Below are positions 35,371-44,240 of a DNA stretch of 64,000 nt, one piece after another. Within the stretch, counting starts at the first letter, position 1. Each line of letters starts with the position of its first letter. Made by a program: the position numbers and the translations under genes. Origin of the DNA: a virus. The notes beneath the pieces were generated by a model, which worked only from the letters and a program-made list of their open reading frames with translations, did not search any database and was not told the origin of the DNA. The stretch lies in the IMG/VR virus record IMGVR_UViG_3300017971_000020. One strand, given 5' to 3'.

Positions 35371-36011
35371 CGAAAATAGAACGTAAAGCAATCAAGGCCC
35401 CATGGCGGGTATGTGTGAAAGAGAAGTGTGGGCTACAGGTAGGTATTCCCCCGAAGTTGCGAGGGTATCGGGATAAGATATTCGATTTTGTCCCCAAGAG
35501 CAAAGAGATGCAAACGGTTGTGGAGATCGGCACTTTGCAGGGGTGGTTCGCTTGGCGAATCATGAAGTGGATGCCTAATGCTTGTGTGTTTTCCATTGAT
35601 CCGTTTGAGGATGATGGCCCTATAGATGGCGAATACAATTATAAGTGTTGGAAGAAGAACCTCCGGGAGTGGTGGGGGAAACGGGCTTTCGTCAAACGTG
35701 GACAGCCGGGGCAGGTGGCCGAGGCCTGGCCAAAACAACAGAACGTTGATTGGTTATGGGTCGACGGCTTGCATGGGGAGTTTGCGGGAATTGCCTTATT
35801 GGCTATCTTGAATATGTGGACACCGTTCATGAAGCATGGGGGCCTGATATCCGGCCACGACATTGACGGCGAGTATAGCCGTGAGATTGAGGGGGCTTTG
35901 AAGCAGTTTTGCGAAGCACGAAAGATCCCACAGGTTAACATTAATGAGGCGTTTTCCCTTACCGGTAGGAAAACAACGGCGTGCTGGTGGTTTTACTGGA
36001 CAGGTGAATAA
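35367..36011 (+). CDS. class I SAM methyltransferase (Methyltransf_24-like)
   Basis: 'VVEIGTLQGWFA' and 'WVDGLHGEFAG...MKHGGLISGHD'. ATGA overlap at 35367-35370. Confidence 0.65.
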   Translation: MTKIERKAIKAPWRVCVKEKCGLQVGIPPKLRGYRDKIFDFVPKSKEMQTVVEIGTLQGWFAWRIMKWMPNACVFSIDPFEDDGPIDGEYNYKCWKKNLREWWGKRAFVKRGQPGQVAEAWPKQQNVDWLWVDGLHGEFAGIALLAILNMWTPFMKHGGLISGHDIDGEYSREIEGALKQFCEARKIPQVNINEAFSLTGRKTTACWWFYWTGE

Positions 36012-36979
36012 TGAAGATACTTTACGCGTCAACCAGCCCTTTGGCGGGTGTCTGCGAGCTTATGGCCCGATCGATTCTCGAGTACTTCCCGGAGCACGAA
36101 GCCGCAGTTTTGAATAAAGGCCCCGGTAAACATGGGTGGTATTGCAGGGAAGGTATTTCATTTAAGCGTTGGTCTGTCAAAAACAAAGATCATATCGCCG
36201 AGGCGCTGGAATGGGCGGATGTGATTCACTGTATGGCGAATTTTGGAGTACGGCGCCCGGAAATGGGCCCTTTTGACAAAGAGGGGCTGATAAAATCGAA
36301 GAAATGGGTTTATCAATGGCATGGGGCGCAAATATGGCCCTTCCGAAATGTGTGGGCGGAGAAAGACTATCAGTACGTCACATTTATCCATATCGGTCAG
36401 GGATGGGTAGAGACGCAGATGGATTTCTTCGCCCCCTTCTTTGAGAAGTGGGGGGCAAAGGTTGTGCCCAATATTATATCGGCGGATGACATCCTTCACC
36501 GCCCAATCCCGTGGGAGAATAGAAAAGACCGAATAGGCTTTGCCCCTTCAAACCGTGGACACGGGGTAAACCGCAAGGGGATCCTGGAGGTGCGGACGTC
36601 CGTCCAGGGCTTCCAGCGTGATTTCATTGTGGGCGTCCCATTCGAACTTTGTCTGCAACGAAAGCAGAAGTGCCGGTTAGGCATTGATGAGGTGGTCACC
36701 CCTATGTACCACAGGAGTGGATTGGAGTTCCTAAGTCAGGGAACGCCGTGCATTTGCTCCTATACCCCGGATACCGAGCGGGTGTTGAAAGACGCGACGG
36801 GGACGGACACTATGCCATTTATTAATGCAAAACCGGATACGCTAAAGGAGACCTTTAAGGAATACTTCAATAAGACTGAGGAGGAAAGAATAGAAATGAG
36901 CGTAGAGGCGCGCCGGTGGGTTGATGTGTACTATCACCCAAGTGTGCTTCTCGAGAAATATTTGGACCTATATAAGTAA
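36011..36979 (+). CDS. GT-B fold (GT1/GT4-like) glycosyltransferase
   Basis: 'MKILYASTSPLAGV...' N-terminal Rossmann start, and 'RLGIDEVVTPMYHRSGLEFLSQGTPCI' (E-x7-E-like C-terminal motif region). Paralog of 38690-39724. Confidence 0.55.
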   Translation: MKILYASTSPLAGVCELMARSILEYFPEHEAAVLNKGPGKHGWYCREGISFKRWSVKNKDHIAEALEWADVIHCMANFGVRRPEMGPFDKEGLIKSKKWVYQWHGAQIWPFRNVWAEKDYQYVTFIHIGQGWVETQMDFFAPFFEKWGAKVVPNIISADDILHRPIPWENRKDRIGFAPSNRGHGVNRKGILEVRTSVQGFQRDFIVGVPFELCLQRKQKCRLGIDEVVTPMYHRSGLEFLSQGTPCICSYTPDTERVLKDATGTDTMPFINAKPDTLKETFKEYFNKTEEERIEMSVEARRWVDVYYHPSVLLEKYLDLYK

Positions 36980-37136
36980 CGTGTAAGCCAGGGTCTGGGG
37001 TTGTTAATTCAGGCTTTCTGCATTTTTCTGTGTCCACTTCAGACCGGCGCAGGATGGAAACTTCCCTGCGCTACAGAACGTTTGGTCAGAGGGCCAAACA
37101 GGCCCTGGCTTTTGAAAAGAAGAGAAGAGAAGAAAA

Positions 37137-37460
37137 ATGAACCCGAGGACGAACACGGTAGTTCTGTCTGACGGCATTCGGTATGCGGAGATCATTTCGA
37201 AGCGATTTCTGTGTCCCAAGTGCCGAATTTTCTGTGTGGAGCTAACGCCAGTGTATAGTCGTGGAATGTTGCGGCGGCTAAAGTTACAGGGGCAACCTAT
37301 GCCCACGGTGAAAGTGATGTGCAAGAATGGCTGTCATTTTCACGAAGGTTGGGGATGGGAAGTCTTTAGCTGGGACTCCATAACGCAGCGGAATCGTGTC
37401 AAAGAATGGCCCGAAGACTGGAAAACAGGGCGTGACACTGAAAGGAAGGTGCGACGGTGA
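37137..37460 (+). CDS. small Cys-rich (zinc-finger-like) protein
   Basis: 'CPKCRIFC ... CKNGCHFH'. It follows the only non-coding gap (36980-37136) in the first half of the block. Confidence 0.45.
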   Translation: MNPRTNTVVLSDGIRYAEIISKRFLCPKCRIFCVELTPVYSRGMLRRLKLQGQPMPTVKVMCKNGCHFHEGWGWEVFSWDSITQRNRVKEWPEDWKTGRDTERKVRR

Positions 37461-38164
37461 CGGTACAAATGCGCAGGAAGCTTGGCCCATTGCAAGATTC
37501 ATGCAAGGGGAAATGCGTATGGATTCTCGGAAGCGGCCCGACATTAGACGATTGCGATATATCGAGAATGTCAGGGGATTACATATTCGCCCTGAATTCG
37601 TCGTATACGTTTGTATGGGACCACAAGATGTTCAACGATGCCTGGTGGCTATTGTTTGATCTGCGTGCCTACTCCGAGCTAAAGGAACGGGTGAAGAAGA
37701 TCCCATTAGTCAAAGCCCTTGTTTGCAAGAAGTCCCTGGAGCAAATGCGGGAATTGCGGAACGGTGGGCAGTATGTCGAATTCGTAAAGTTGCGATTTGA
37801 GCCCGAGCGGTCAATAGTTGAGACAGCATTGTTGATCGCGGATTTCCTTGGATTTGACGAGGCCTATATGGTGGGCGTGGATGGGTTTGTTCCTAGGGAC
37901 GGCGTGCCATATTGCAAAGCGATCGATGAATGGAAGAAGTGTCATTTCATGGATAAGACGCTTCCTGATTCATGGAAAGGAAGTAGCCGGGATATAGTAA
38001 AAGCCCTGAAGGCGGTAAAGGAAAGGTTGTCACGATTAGAGGTATTCCAAACCTCAACAGCCTTCCCGGAGCCTATATTTCAGCAGATATCATTCGAAGA
38101 GGCATTAAAGAGATCGGAGGCGTTCGATGCGGCAGTCACTCGGGGAAAGGGTAAGAGTCTGTGA
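37457..38164 (+). CDS. DUF115/MptE-like putative glycosyltransferase, paralog 3
   Basis: 'VWILGSGPTL', 'FALNSS' and 'IVETALLIADFLGFDEAYMVGVDG'. GTGA overlap with the previous stop. Confidence 0.6.
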   Translation: MTVQMRRKLGPLQDSCKGKCVWILGSGPTLDDCDISRMSGDYIFALNSSYTFVWDHKMFNDAWWLLFDLRAYSELKERVKKIPLVKALVCKKSLEQMRELRNGGQYVEFVKLRFEPERSIVETALLIADFLGFDEAYMVGVDGFVPRDGVPYCKAIDEWKKCHFMDKTLPDSWKGSSRDIVKALKAVKERLSRLEVFQTSTAFPEPIFQQISFEEALKRSEAFDAAVTRGKGKSL

Positions 38165-38693
38165 GAATTGGTATAAGCAGGGAGGGGGAAAGGCCGCAAC
38201 GCACAGTCACCGATCTATTTGTCAAATAGCCACAACGTTCAAAAAGCGCGGGATCCGGAAGATACTGGATATAGGCTGTGGGCGTGGAAAGCTATTCGAG
38301 GCCTTGGGGTGGCAGAACTTTCGGATGGCAGGGACAGAGATTGTCCCCCATTTGATAACAACAGACTTGAGGCTTATGCCTGTATATCCCTACTCTATCG
38401 AAAACCTGAAACAGATAGAAGATAACGAATATGATCTATGTATCTTCTGTGATGTGTTGGATTGCTTGCGGGACATAGAAGAAGTAAATAAGGCGCTTTC
38501 AGAAGCTAGTCGAATAGCCACCCAGGGGGTATTGATAACACTTGGCCGAGCAACGGATCTTCGGGTTCTGCATTGGGAGCGGGAGACCTGGGAGCGGGTC
38601 ATTAAAGAAAAAGTTCCAGGCATTCGGGATGTGACTGAAGACGATAATAGTGTCCTTCGTATTGCGGTCTGGAAGAATGGGGCTGTTTTATGA
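38127..38693 (+). CDS. class I SAM methyltransferase (Methyltransf_11/23-like)
   Basis: 'KILDIGCGRGKLFEAL' (motif I) and 'DLCIFCDVLDCL' (motif II/III region). Confidence 0.7.
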   Translation: MRQSLGERVRVCENWYKQGGGKAATHSHRSICQIATTFKKRGIRKILDIGCGRGKLFEALGWQNFRMAGTEIVPHLITTDLRLMPVYPYSIENLKQIEDNEYDLCIFCDVLDCLRDIEEVNKALSEASRIATQGVLITLGRATDLRVLHWERETWERVIKEKVPGIRDVTEDDNSVLRIAVWKNGAVL

Positions 38694-39724
38694 AAGTGTT
38701 GCACTGTGTAAAACATTCGCTTGTTCGTTATACCCCGGGACGCATAGCGGCCTACTGGGGGCGCTATACCGAACACCAGGGACAAGCGGTGGCCTTGCGA
38801 AGGGGTAGCCCCAATAATATTGGGAATCACTTCACAGACACGCTGAACCCCTATGGGTACTATTGTGTATCTGGGGCAAGCAAGGCTGTATTACGTCGAA
38901 TGGTGAACGAGGCGGATGTCATTCATTGCCATGATGATGCTTACCCTTATTTGATTGAGCGCCGATTTGGTATGTCAATCGATGGGAAGGTTCTTGTGTA
39001 TCATGCCCATATTGGCGATTTGCCTATGAGGCTATTCCACAAGAATCGAAAATACACGTGGGACGATCGGGTAAAACATGTAACGATAACAAATGGGTAT
39101 GGGCATTTGTTCGACGAGGACGAGGTACGGAGCAAAGGCAAGCACAAGTGGGGGCGCTTACCGGATATCCTGGACCTTCATCACCCGGCATACCGTCCAG
39201 AACCGGAATTGCGCAAACCGATCAACAAGGGACGGGTTCAAGTTGTCTACACGTATTCAAACAACCGTGAGGGGAATAAGTTAAATGCAAAGCGTCCCGT
39301 AGGGCATAGAAAATTAATGACAAGCCCTACCCATATTCCCGGGGTGAAATTTACCATGGTGACAAACAGGCCCTTTGAGGAGGCCATGGCGATAAAGAAG
39401 AAGGCGCATATTGTCCTTGAGGAGGTATTTACGCCATATCTTCATTTATCGGCATTAGAAGGGGCCGCGGTGGGCGCCATGGTGTTAACGCGGTCGGGGG
39501 CCTATGTTAGGAAAGAACTAAGTAAATATCTGGGGGCCCCGGAGAAAGAGTGGCCTTTTTACCAATGCACAGAAAGAAATCTTCGGGAGGTTTTGACTAT
39601 GTTGGCGAAAAATCGTGACATGGTCGTCGAGTGGGGACAGAAGGCACGTAACTGGATGTTAAAGTACTATCAACCCGCAGCCCTGTTGAAGCTATACGAG
39701 GAATTCTATGGAAGGAATGAGTGA
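38690..39724 (+). CDS. GT-B fold (GT1/GT4-like) glycosyltransferase
   Basis: 'HIVLEEVFTPYLHLSALEGAAVGAMVLT' parallels the C-terminal motif of 36011-36979. ATGA overlap with the previous stop. Confidence 0.55.
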   Translation: MKVLHCVKHSLVRYTPGRIAAYWGRYTEHQGQAVALRRGSPNNIGNHFTDTLNPYGYYCVSGASKAVLRRMVNEADVIHCHDDAYPYLIERRFGMSIDGKVLVYHAHIGDLPMRLFHKNRKYTWDDRVKHVTITNGYGHLFDEDEVRSKGKHKWGRLPDILDLHHPAYRPEPELRKPINKGRVQVVYTYSNNREGNKLNAKRPVGHRKLMTSPTHIPGVKFTMVTNRPFEEAMAIKKKAHIVLEEVFTPYLHLSALEGAAVGAMVLTRSGAYVRKELSKYLGAPEKEWPFYQCTERNLREVLTMLAKNRDMVVEWGQKARNWMLKYYQPAALLKLYEEFYGRNE

Positions 39725-39962
39725 TCTCATAAATCAATTACCCCCTACGGTCCAGGCGGAAATCGCTAAAGCGATGGTCGCCCGTCCCGAAGGTGGCGAT
39801 ATGACGCGTTTACTCCCTGTACTGAAACATTTACGGGGGCAGCTTGACCTGTTGATAGAAAAGACAGAGGAACGGTTGAATGCAAATAAAAAGGATAGCA
39901 CAAGTACCGATACTGATTCCGGCACGCGGAGGATCAAAAGGGATCGCCCAAAAAAACCTTAA
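39708..39962 (+). CDS. hypothetical small protein
   Basis: 84-aa ORF. Its 3' 83 nt overlap the next gene, and no motif was recognised. Confidence 0.35.
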   Translation: MEGMSDLINQLPPTVQAEIAKAMVARPEGGDMTRLLPVLKHLRGQLDLLIEKTEERLNANKKDSTSTDTDSGTRRIKRDRPKKP

Positions 39963-40665
39963 GCGGGTTATGGGGGAAAGCCTTGTCGCCCGGGCCGTTA
40001 AGACGGCGTTACGGAGTAAGTTTGATCCAATCTATGTATATAGCGATTGCCCCGTTATTTTGAAGGAGGCGAGCGCTGCGGGCGCTTGTGCGGTGGAACG
40101 CCCCGAGGAGGTGTCGGCTGACGACACGACAACGGAGGAGACCCTCTTGCGATTCCTGGAGGATCAAGATCCAAAACGGACCATCGAAGCAATTGCAATA
40201 ATGCAATGTACAACACCGTTTATTTGCACTGCAGACCTAAATAGGGCATATGATGTCTTCGACGGCGGGCACAGAACCGATTCCGTGGTTACGGCGGTAG
40301 ATATGTCAGCGAGGTATTTCGGTTATCCGAAATATGACGGGACATCGGAGTTTATTCCTATGCGGCCATACAGGGCGCTACGACAGCAGAAATCCATGAA
40401 GTTCTGGATGGAGAATGGGGGAATCTATCTGGCAAAGCGCACTGTGTGGGAGCGGGGCTTTCGTATTGGCGATAAATGCAAGGTTGCACCTATGGGGTTA
40501 TGGCAAAGTGTAGAAATAGACGAGCCCGAAGATTTAGTGATGGTAGAGGCGCTTGCTAAGGCAATGCGTAAGGAGACAGAAGAGCTGACGGCCAAGATCC
40601 TTGCGGCGGGTGACACCGTAACATTTGTAAGGGAGACCAAGCATGCCACTACAAACAAGGTATAA
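39880..40665 (+). CDS. CMP-nonulosonic acid synthetase (acylneuraminate cytidylyltransferase family)
   Basis: 'VPILIPARGGSKGIAQKNL' is the hallmark N-terminal motif of NeuA/CMP-Kdo-type cytidylyltransferases. Confidence 0.75.
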   Translation: MQIKRIAQVPILIPARGGSKGIAQKNLKRVMGESLVARAVKTALRSKFDPIYVYSDCPVILKEASAAGACAVERPEEVSADDTTTEETLLRFLEDQDPKRTIEAIAIMQCTTPFICTADLNRAYDVFDGGHRTDSVVTAVDMSARYFGYPKYDGTSEFIPMRPYRALRQQKSMKFWMENGGIYLAKRTVWERGFRIGDKCKVAPMGLWQSVEIDEPEDLVMVEALAKAMRKETEELTAKILAAGDTVTFVRETKHATTNKV

Positions 40666-41185
40666 ATACTTAGAGATTGGCGCCGAGCGGAATAGGAATA
40701 CGCTTTTTCGCCGTAGGTTTAGTGATAAGTGGGCTACGCTTGGTATATCTAAAAAGACGCCGCCGACAATTGTGTGCAATGTCGATGATCCGTGGACTTT
40801 GCCCGATGCTCGGTTTGAGCTTGTTTATGGTGGGCACGTTTTTGAGCACGCAACTAAGCCTGGGCATTTTTTGAGGGAAGCAAAAAGGGTATTACTCCCC
40901 GGTGGCTGGTTAAGGCTTGCCGTTCCTGATCCTTCGTGGTTAATGAAGCAGTACTTAACGGGTAAGCACACAATAGATGACTGTTTGCATAACCTTAGAT
41001 CGCGGAAACCGTTTATGCATTACGATGCATACGACAACGATAAGCTGGTTGCGTTGTTTTTGCGCGCGGGGTTTTCCCATGTCTGGACGCCACCGCCTAA
41101 ATGTTCAAAGGTAGCAATGATGTCGCATGGGTATTTCTCGACAAGGGATGACCGGTCGATTTACATAGAGGGGCAGAAGGTATGA
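40643..41185 (+). CDS. class I SAM methyltransferase (Methyltransf_11-like)
   Basis: 'ELVYGGHVFEHATKPGHFLREAKRVLLPGGWLRLAVPD' covers the post-motif-II region typical of type 11 methyltransferases. Confidence 0.6.
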   Translation: MPLQTRYKYLEIGAERNRNTLFRRRFSDKWATLGISKKTPPTIVCNVDDPWTLPDARFELVYGGHVFEHATKPGHFLREAKRVLLPGGWLRLAVPDPSWLMKQYLTGKHTIDDCLHNLRSRKPFMHYDAYDNDKLVALFLRAGFSHVWTPPPKCSKVAMMSHGYFSTRDDRSIYIEGQKV

Positions 41186-42039
41186 CAGTTAAAGTGATTG
41201 CTGAGATTGGGATTAACCATAATGGGAATATTCAAACTGCTATGACAATGGCTGAAATTGCGAAGGCCTGTGGGGCGGATTTCGTTAAGCTACAAAAGCG
41301 CGAGATTGATTGGTGTTATTCTGAAGAGCAATTAAATCAACCTTGCGATAGTCAGTGGGGAAATACGGTGCGCGACAAGGTAGTCGGGCGGGAGTTGTCG
41401 TGGAACGATATAGACAAGTTTCAAGACTATTGTAAGAAGATTGGTATTGGGTGGACTGCCAGCTGTTTTGATCTTTATAGCTTAAGGTTGTTAAACGAGA
41501 ACTATTACCATATTGCATTCAATAAAGTGCCAAGTTGCATGCATAAGCGACCCCAGTTCCTAAAGGCGGTGGCACAGTATCAGGAGTTAACCCTAATATC
41601 GACGGGCTTGTGCCAAGATACTACGGAGATTATTGACATAGCGACAATCTTCGAAAAGGCCTGTTGTCCATATGTTATTAACCATTGTGTAGCATTGTAT
41701 CCGGCGCCATTGGAGCGGTTACATTTGAATTACATTGATAGGCTAATTCAATTATTTGCAAGTGGTCGATATAGGTATTGGCGCGGCATTGGGTATTCAG
41801 GGCACGAGGTTAGTTTGACCCCGAGTGTTATTGCGGCACATTGCGGGGCGACGTGGATAGAGCGCCATTTTACATTAGATCGAAGTGCGCGAGGGAGTGA
41901 CCATGCCGCAAGTGTCGAACCACAAGGGTTAAAGCGGATGATACGTGATATCCGAATGTTACCTATAATTGAAGGCGACGTGCCCCGGCACTTATACGGT
42001 GACGAGAAAGATCCTGTTACCTTTTGGCGGGAAGAATAG
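41182..42039 (+). CDS. NeuB-family nonulosonic acid synthase (sialic/legionaminic/pseudaminic acid synthase-like), apparently without a C-terminal SAF domain
   Basis: 'VIAEIGINHNGNIQTAMTMAEIAKACGADFVKLQKR' is the NeuB signature. At 285 aa it is shorter than the ~335-350 aa typical of NeuB enzymes with a SAF domain. Confidence 0.75.
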   Translation: MTVKVIAEIGINHNGNIQTAMTMAEIAKACGADFVKLQKREIDWCYSEEQLNQPCDSQWGNTVRDKVVGRELSWNDIDKFQDYCKKIGIGWTASCFDLYSLRLLNENYYHIAFNKVPSCMHKRPQFLKAVAQYQELTLISTGLCQDTTEIIDIATIFEKACCPYVINHCVALYPAPLERLHLNYIDRLIQLFASGRYRYWRGIGYSGHEVSLTPSVIAAHCGATWIERHFTLDRSARGSDHAASVEPQGLKRMIRDIRMLPIIEGDVPRHLYGDEKDPVTFWREE

Positions 42040-42725
42040 TGGAACACTTATATAAGGAAGTGGAACAGTTCTGGCGCAACACTGATTCTGTACGCTCCAA
42101 GCAGGCGGCGCACTGGTCCGGGTCTGGGAAATATCGAAGTCTAAATAAGTGGATGCGAATAGTCCGTCAGGTCTCCGCCACATGGACACTGCTTAAGGAA
42201 CGGAACTTTCCGGAAGACACCATAAAAAGCATTGTTGAGTATGGGTGCGGCGGCGGCGCCGTATTGACGGCGATGTCGGCTTTTTGCAAGAACCTGAGCG
42301 CTATAGATATATCTATGGGTAGTCTAACGATCGCTGACCAGCAATTACGCACGATTGGTATAAATGATCTGAAGACATTGTGTATAGATATTCGGGCGCC
42401 GGAGGCTGCGATTGCTGCAGGCAAGCATAGCCTTTTTGTTTCTGTAGCCGTCTTTCAGCATTTACCCGACCGGGGTTACGCGAGGCGGGTACTAAGAATT
42501 GCCCGTAGGTTGGTCTTCGATAAGGGTCTTGCGTTTATCCAGTTTCGCGAAGGGCCGAAAGGGGACATGAAGAGACAGTATAGTAAATGCCTTTCGGCGT
42601 GGAATTGTCTGTCGGCGGAGGAGTTTGACGAAGACGCAACGGCGGCGGGTTGGGACGTTGCGGAGATATATCCAAATAGAAAAACAAAGACCGGCTATAA
42701 ATGGGCCATTATGAAAGGTGTGTGA
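42039..42725 (+). CDS. class I SAM methyltransferase
   Basis: 'IVEYGCGGGAVLTAM' (motif I) and 'SLFVSVAVFQHLPD'. GTG 42039 overlaps the NeuB stop. TTG 42024 is an alternative start. Confidence 0.65.
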   Translation: MEHLYKEVEQFWRNTDSVRSKQAAHWSGSGKYRSLNKWMRIVRQVSATWTLLKERNFPEDTIKSIVEYGCGGGAVLTAMSAFCKNLSAIDISMGSLTIADQQLRTIGINDLKTLCIDIRAPEAAIAAGKHSLFVSVAVFQHLPDRGYARRVLRIARRLVFDKGLAFIQFREGPKGDMKRQYSKCLSAWNCLSAEEFDEDATAAGWDVAEIYPNRKTKTGYKWAIMKGV

Positions 42726-42726
42726 A

Positions 42727-43620
42727 ATGAGTATGTCTGGCATTGAAGATTTTGGGAATATGAAGTTACACCGAATGCCATTTGAATATTGGGAAGATGA
42801 ACACTGGAAGATCCTAAAGAAGGACACTAAGAAGGGAGAAGAATTCCTCGATCCTGATTATTACGTTGAAGCACACTGGAAGTGGGACGTTAACGGCCAT
42901 GGCCCCTATTTCTTGAATCGTCGTTGTCGGCGGTTGCTTGATAGGGATGGGCCATTTGTGGGGCGATACAAGAATGGGAATCTTTTAGTAGACCTATGCG
43001 CCCCGGAAGCGGAGGCTTTCATTTTTGCCCCCGGCCCCAGCTTTGCCGAAATCGACACAAAGCCTTTTGAAGGCCTTGTAACGCTGGCTGTTAATTCGGC
43101 TGGGTTTGGAATGAAACCCATGTTTTGGGTTATGGCCGAAAGTTCCTATGCCGACTGGCTAAAAAAACAATGGGTACGCTTAAAGCAATCTGGAAAGTGG
43201 GATCCATATAGGGCGGCGGTTGTGACGGCACGTGTAGCAATCGTTTTGCGGGAATTTGAAAAACGACAACGGAGTACTATATTTAAGGAGTTATTTGTAA
43301 TCCGGTGGGAAGAGGGGAAAGTAGTTCCCCCACGAACACCGGCTGTCTCGTTAACAAATGCGCTTGTGACGGCTTGGCAATTAGGCTGTAAGAAAGCCTA
43401 TATGATAGGCGTAGACCTGTCAAAAGAAGGTGGGGCATATTCTAAAGGGTTACCGCATACCAATGAGGGGGCGGCAAATCCCTTTGACGATCAGATCAAG
43501 GCAATGAAGCAGTTCCAGTTGCCGGACTTCGAGGTAATCAACTGTTCTCCATTGTCTAAGGATATATTGCCTTTCCCTTATATGTCATATGCAGACCTAT
43601 TACAGAAGGTGACAAGATGA
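42727..43620 (+). CDS. DUF115/MptE-like putative glycosyltransferase, paralog 4
   Basis: 'AFIFAPGPSF', 'LAVNSA' and 'SLTNALVTAWQLGCKKAYMIGVDL'. Confidence 0.6.
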   Translation: MSMSGIEDFGNMKLHRMPFEYWEDEHWKILKKDTKKGEEFLDPDYYVEAHWKWDVNGHGPYFLNRRCRRLLDRDGPFVGRYKNGNLLVDLCAPEAEAFIFAPGPSFAEIDTKPFEGLVTLAVNSAGFGMKPMFWVMAESSYADWLKKQWVRLKQSGKWDPYRAAVVTARVAIVLREFEKRQRSTIFKELFVIRWEEGKVVPPRTPAVSLTNALVTAWQLGCKKAYMIGVDLSKEGGAYSKGLPHTNEGAANPFDDQIKAMKQFQLPDFEVINCSPLSKDILPFPYMSYADLLQKVTR

Positions 43621-44240
43621 CACCAGAAGAGATTTACACGAAGCTGTATCTGGCAACGGAGGACCAAAGGCGGCATCCCACAAAGGGGGTTTTAGATCCT
43701 TACGGATCTGACGATAAAAGGGATGTCCATTTTCTGAAATACCTGGCGGATAATTTTGGACTTGAAGGTCAGCGAATCCTCGATGCGTCTTGTGGGCGCG
43801 GGCATTTGTTGCGTTCGTTGTTGGCGTTTGGATATCAAGCCGAGGGGACGGAATTTGTAGATTGCTTATTCAAGACCGAGTTGGCCGATTTGCCTGTGAA
43901 GAAACTGGCATATCAGGATCTTTCAACTATTGAAGAAAGTGGGATCTATGACGCTGTGATATCAAATGACGTTTTGGAGCATTTGCCGGGGCCGAAGGAA
44001 GCCATAGAGGCTATGGAACAGTTGGCGCGACTTTCGAACAACCTATTGTTGATCTCGATAGGTGTAGGCCGGGCGCCGAAGTTTGGGCATGCATTTAACA
44101 CAGGGTGGGATTTACACACGGTTAAAGAATCAGAAAGATGGTGGGCGAAGCGTGCTTCCAAGGTTATGGACATCGACTATCAGGAACGATTCGGCGGAAG
44201 TGTCTACTTGTTTGGAAAAGTGAAAGGACGGCCATCATGA
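43617..44240 (+). CDS. class I SAM methyltransferase
   Basis: 'RILDASCGRGHLLRSL' (motif I) and 'YDAVISNDVLEHLP'. ATGA overlap with the previous stop. Confidence 0.7.
   Translation: MTPEEIYTKLYLATEDQRRHPTKGVLDPYGSDDKRDVHFLKYLADNFGLEGQRILDASCGRGHLLRSLLAFGYQAEGTEFVDCLFKTELADLPVKKLAYQDLSTIEESGIYDAVISNDVLEHLPGPKEAIEAMEQLARLSNNLLLISIGVGRAPKFGHAFNTGWDLHTVKESERWWAKRASKVMDIDYQERFGGSVYLFGKVKGRPS

Noticed and set aside
37090-37113. Small hairpin AGGGCC-aaaca-GGCCCT followed by GGCTTTT in the 36980-37136 gap, as a possible terminator splitting the island.
   Set aside because: The stem is only 6 bp and the T-run is short and offset. It is too weak to call without transcript data, although the gap itself may hold an internal promoter or terminator.
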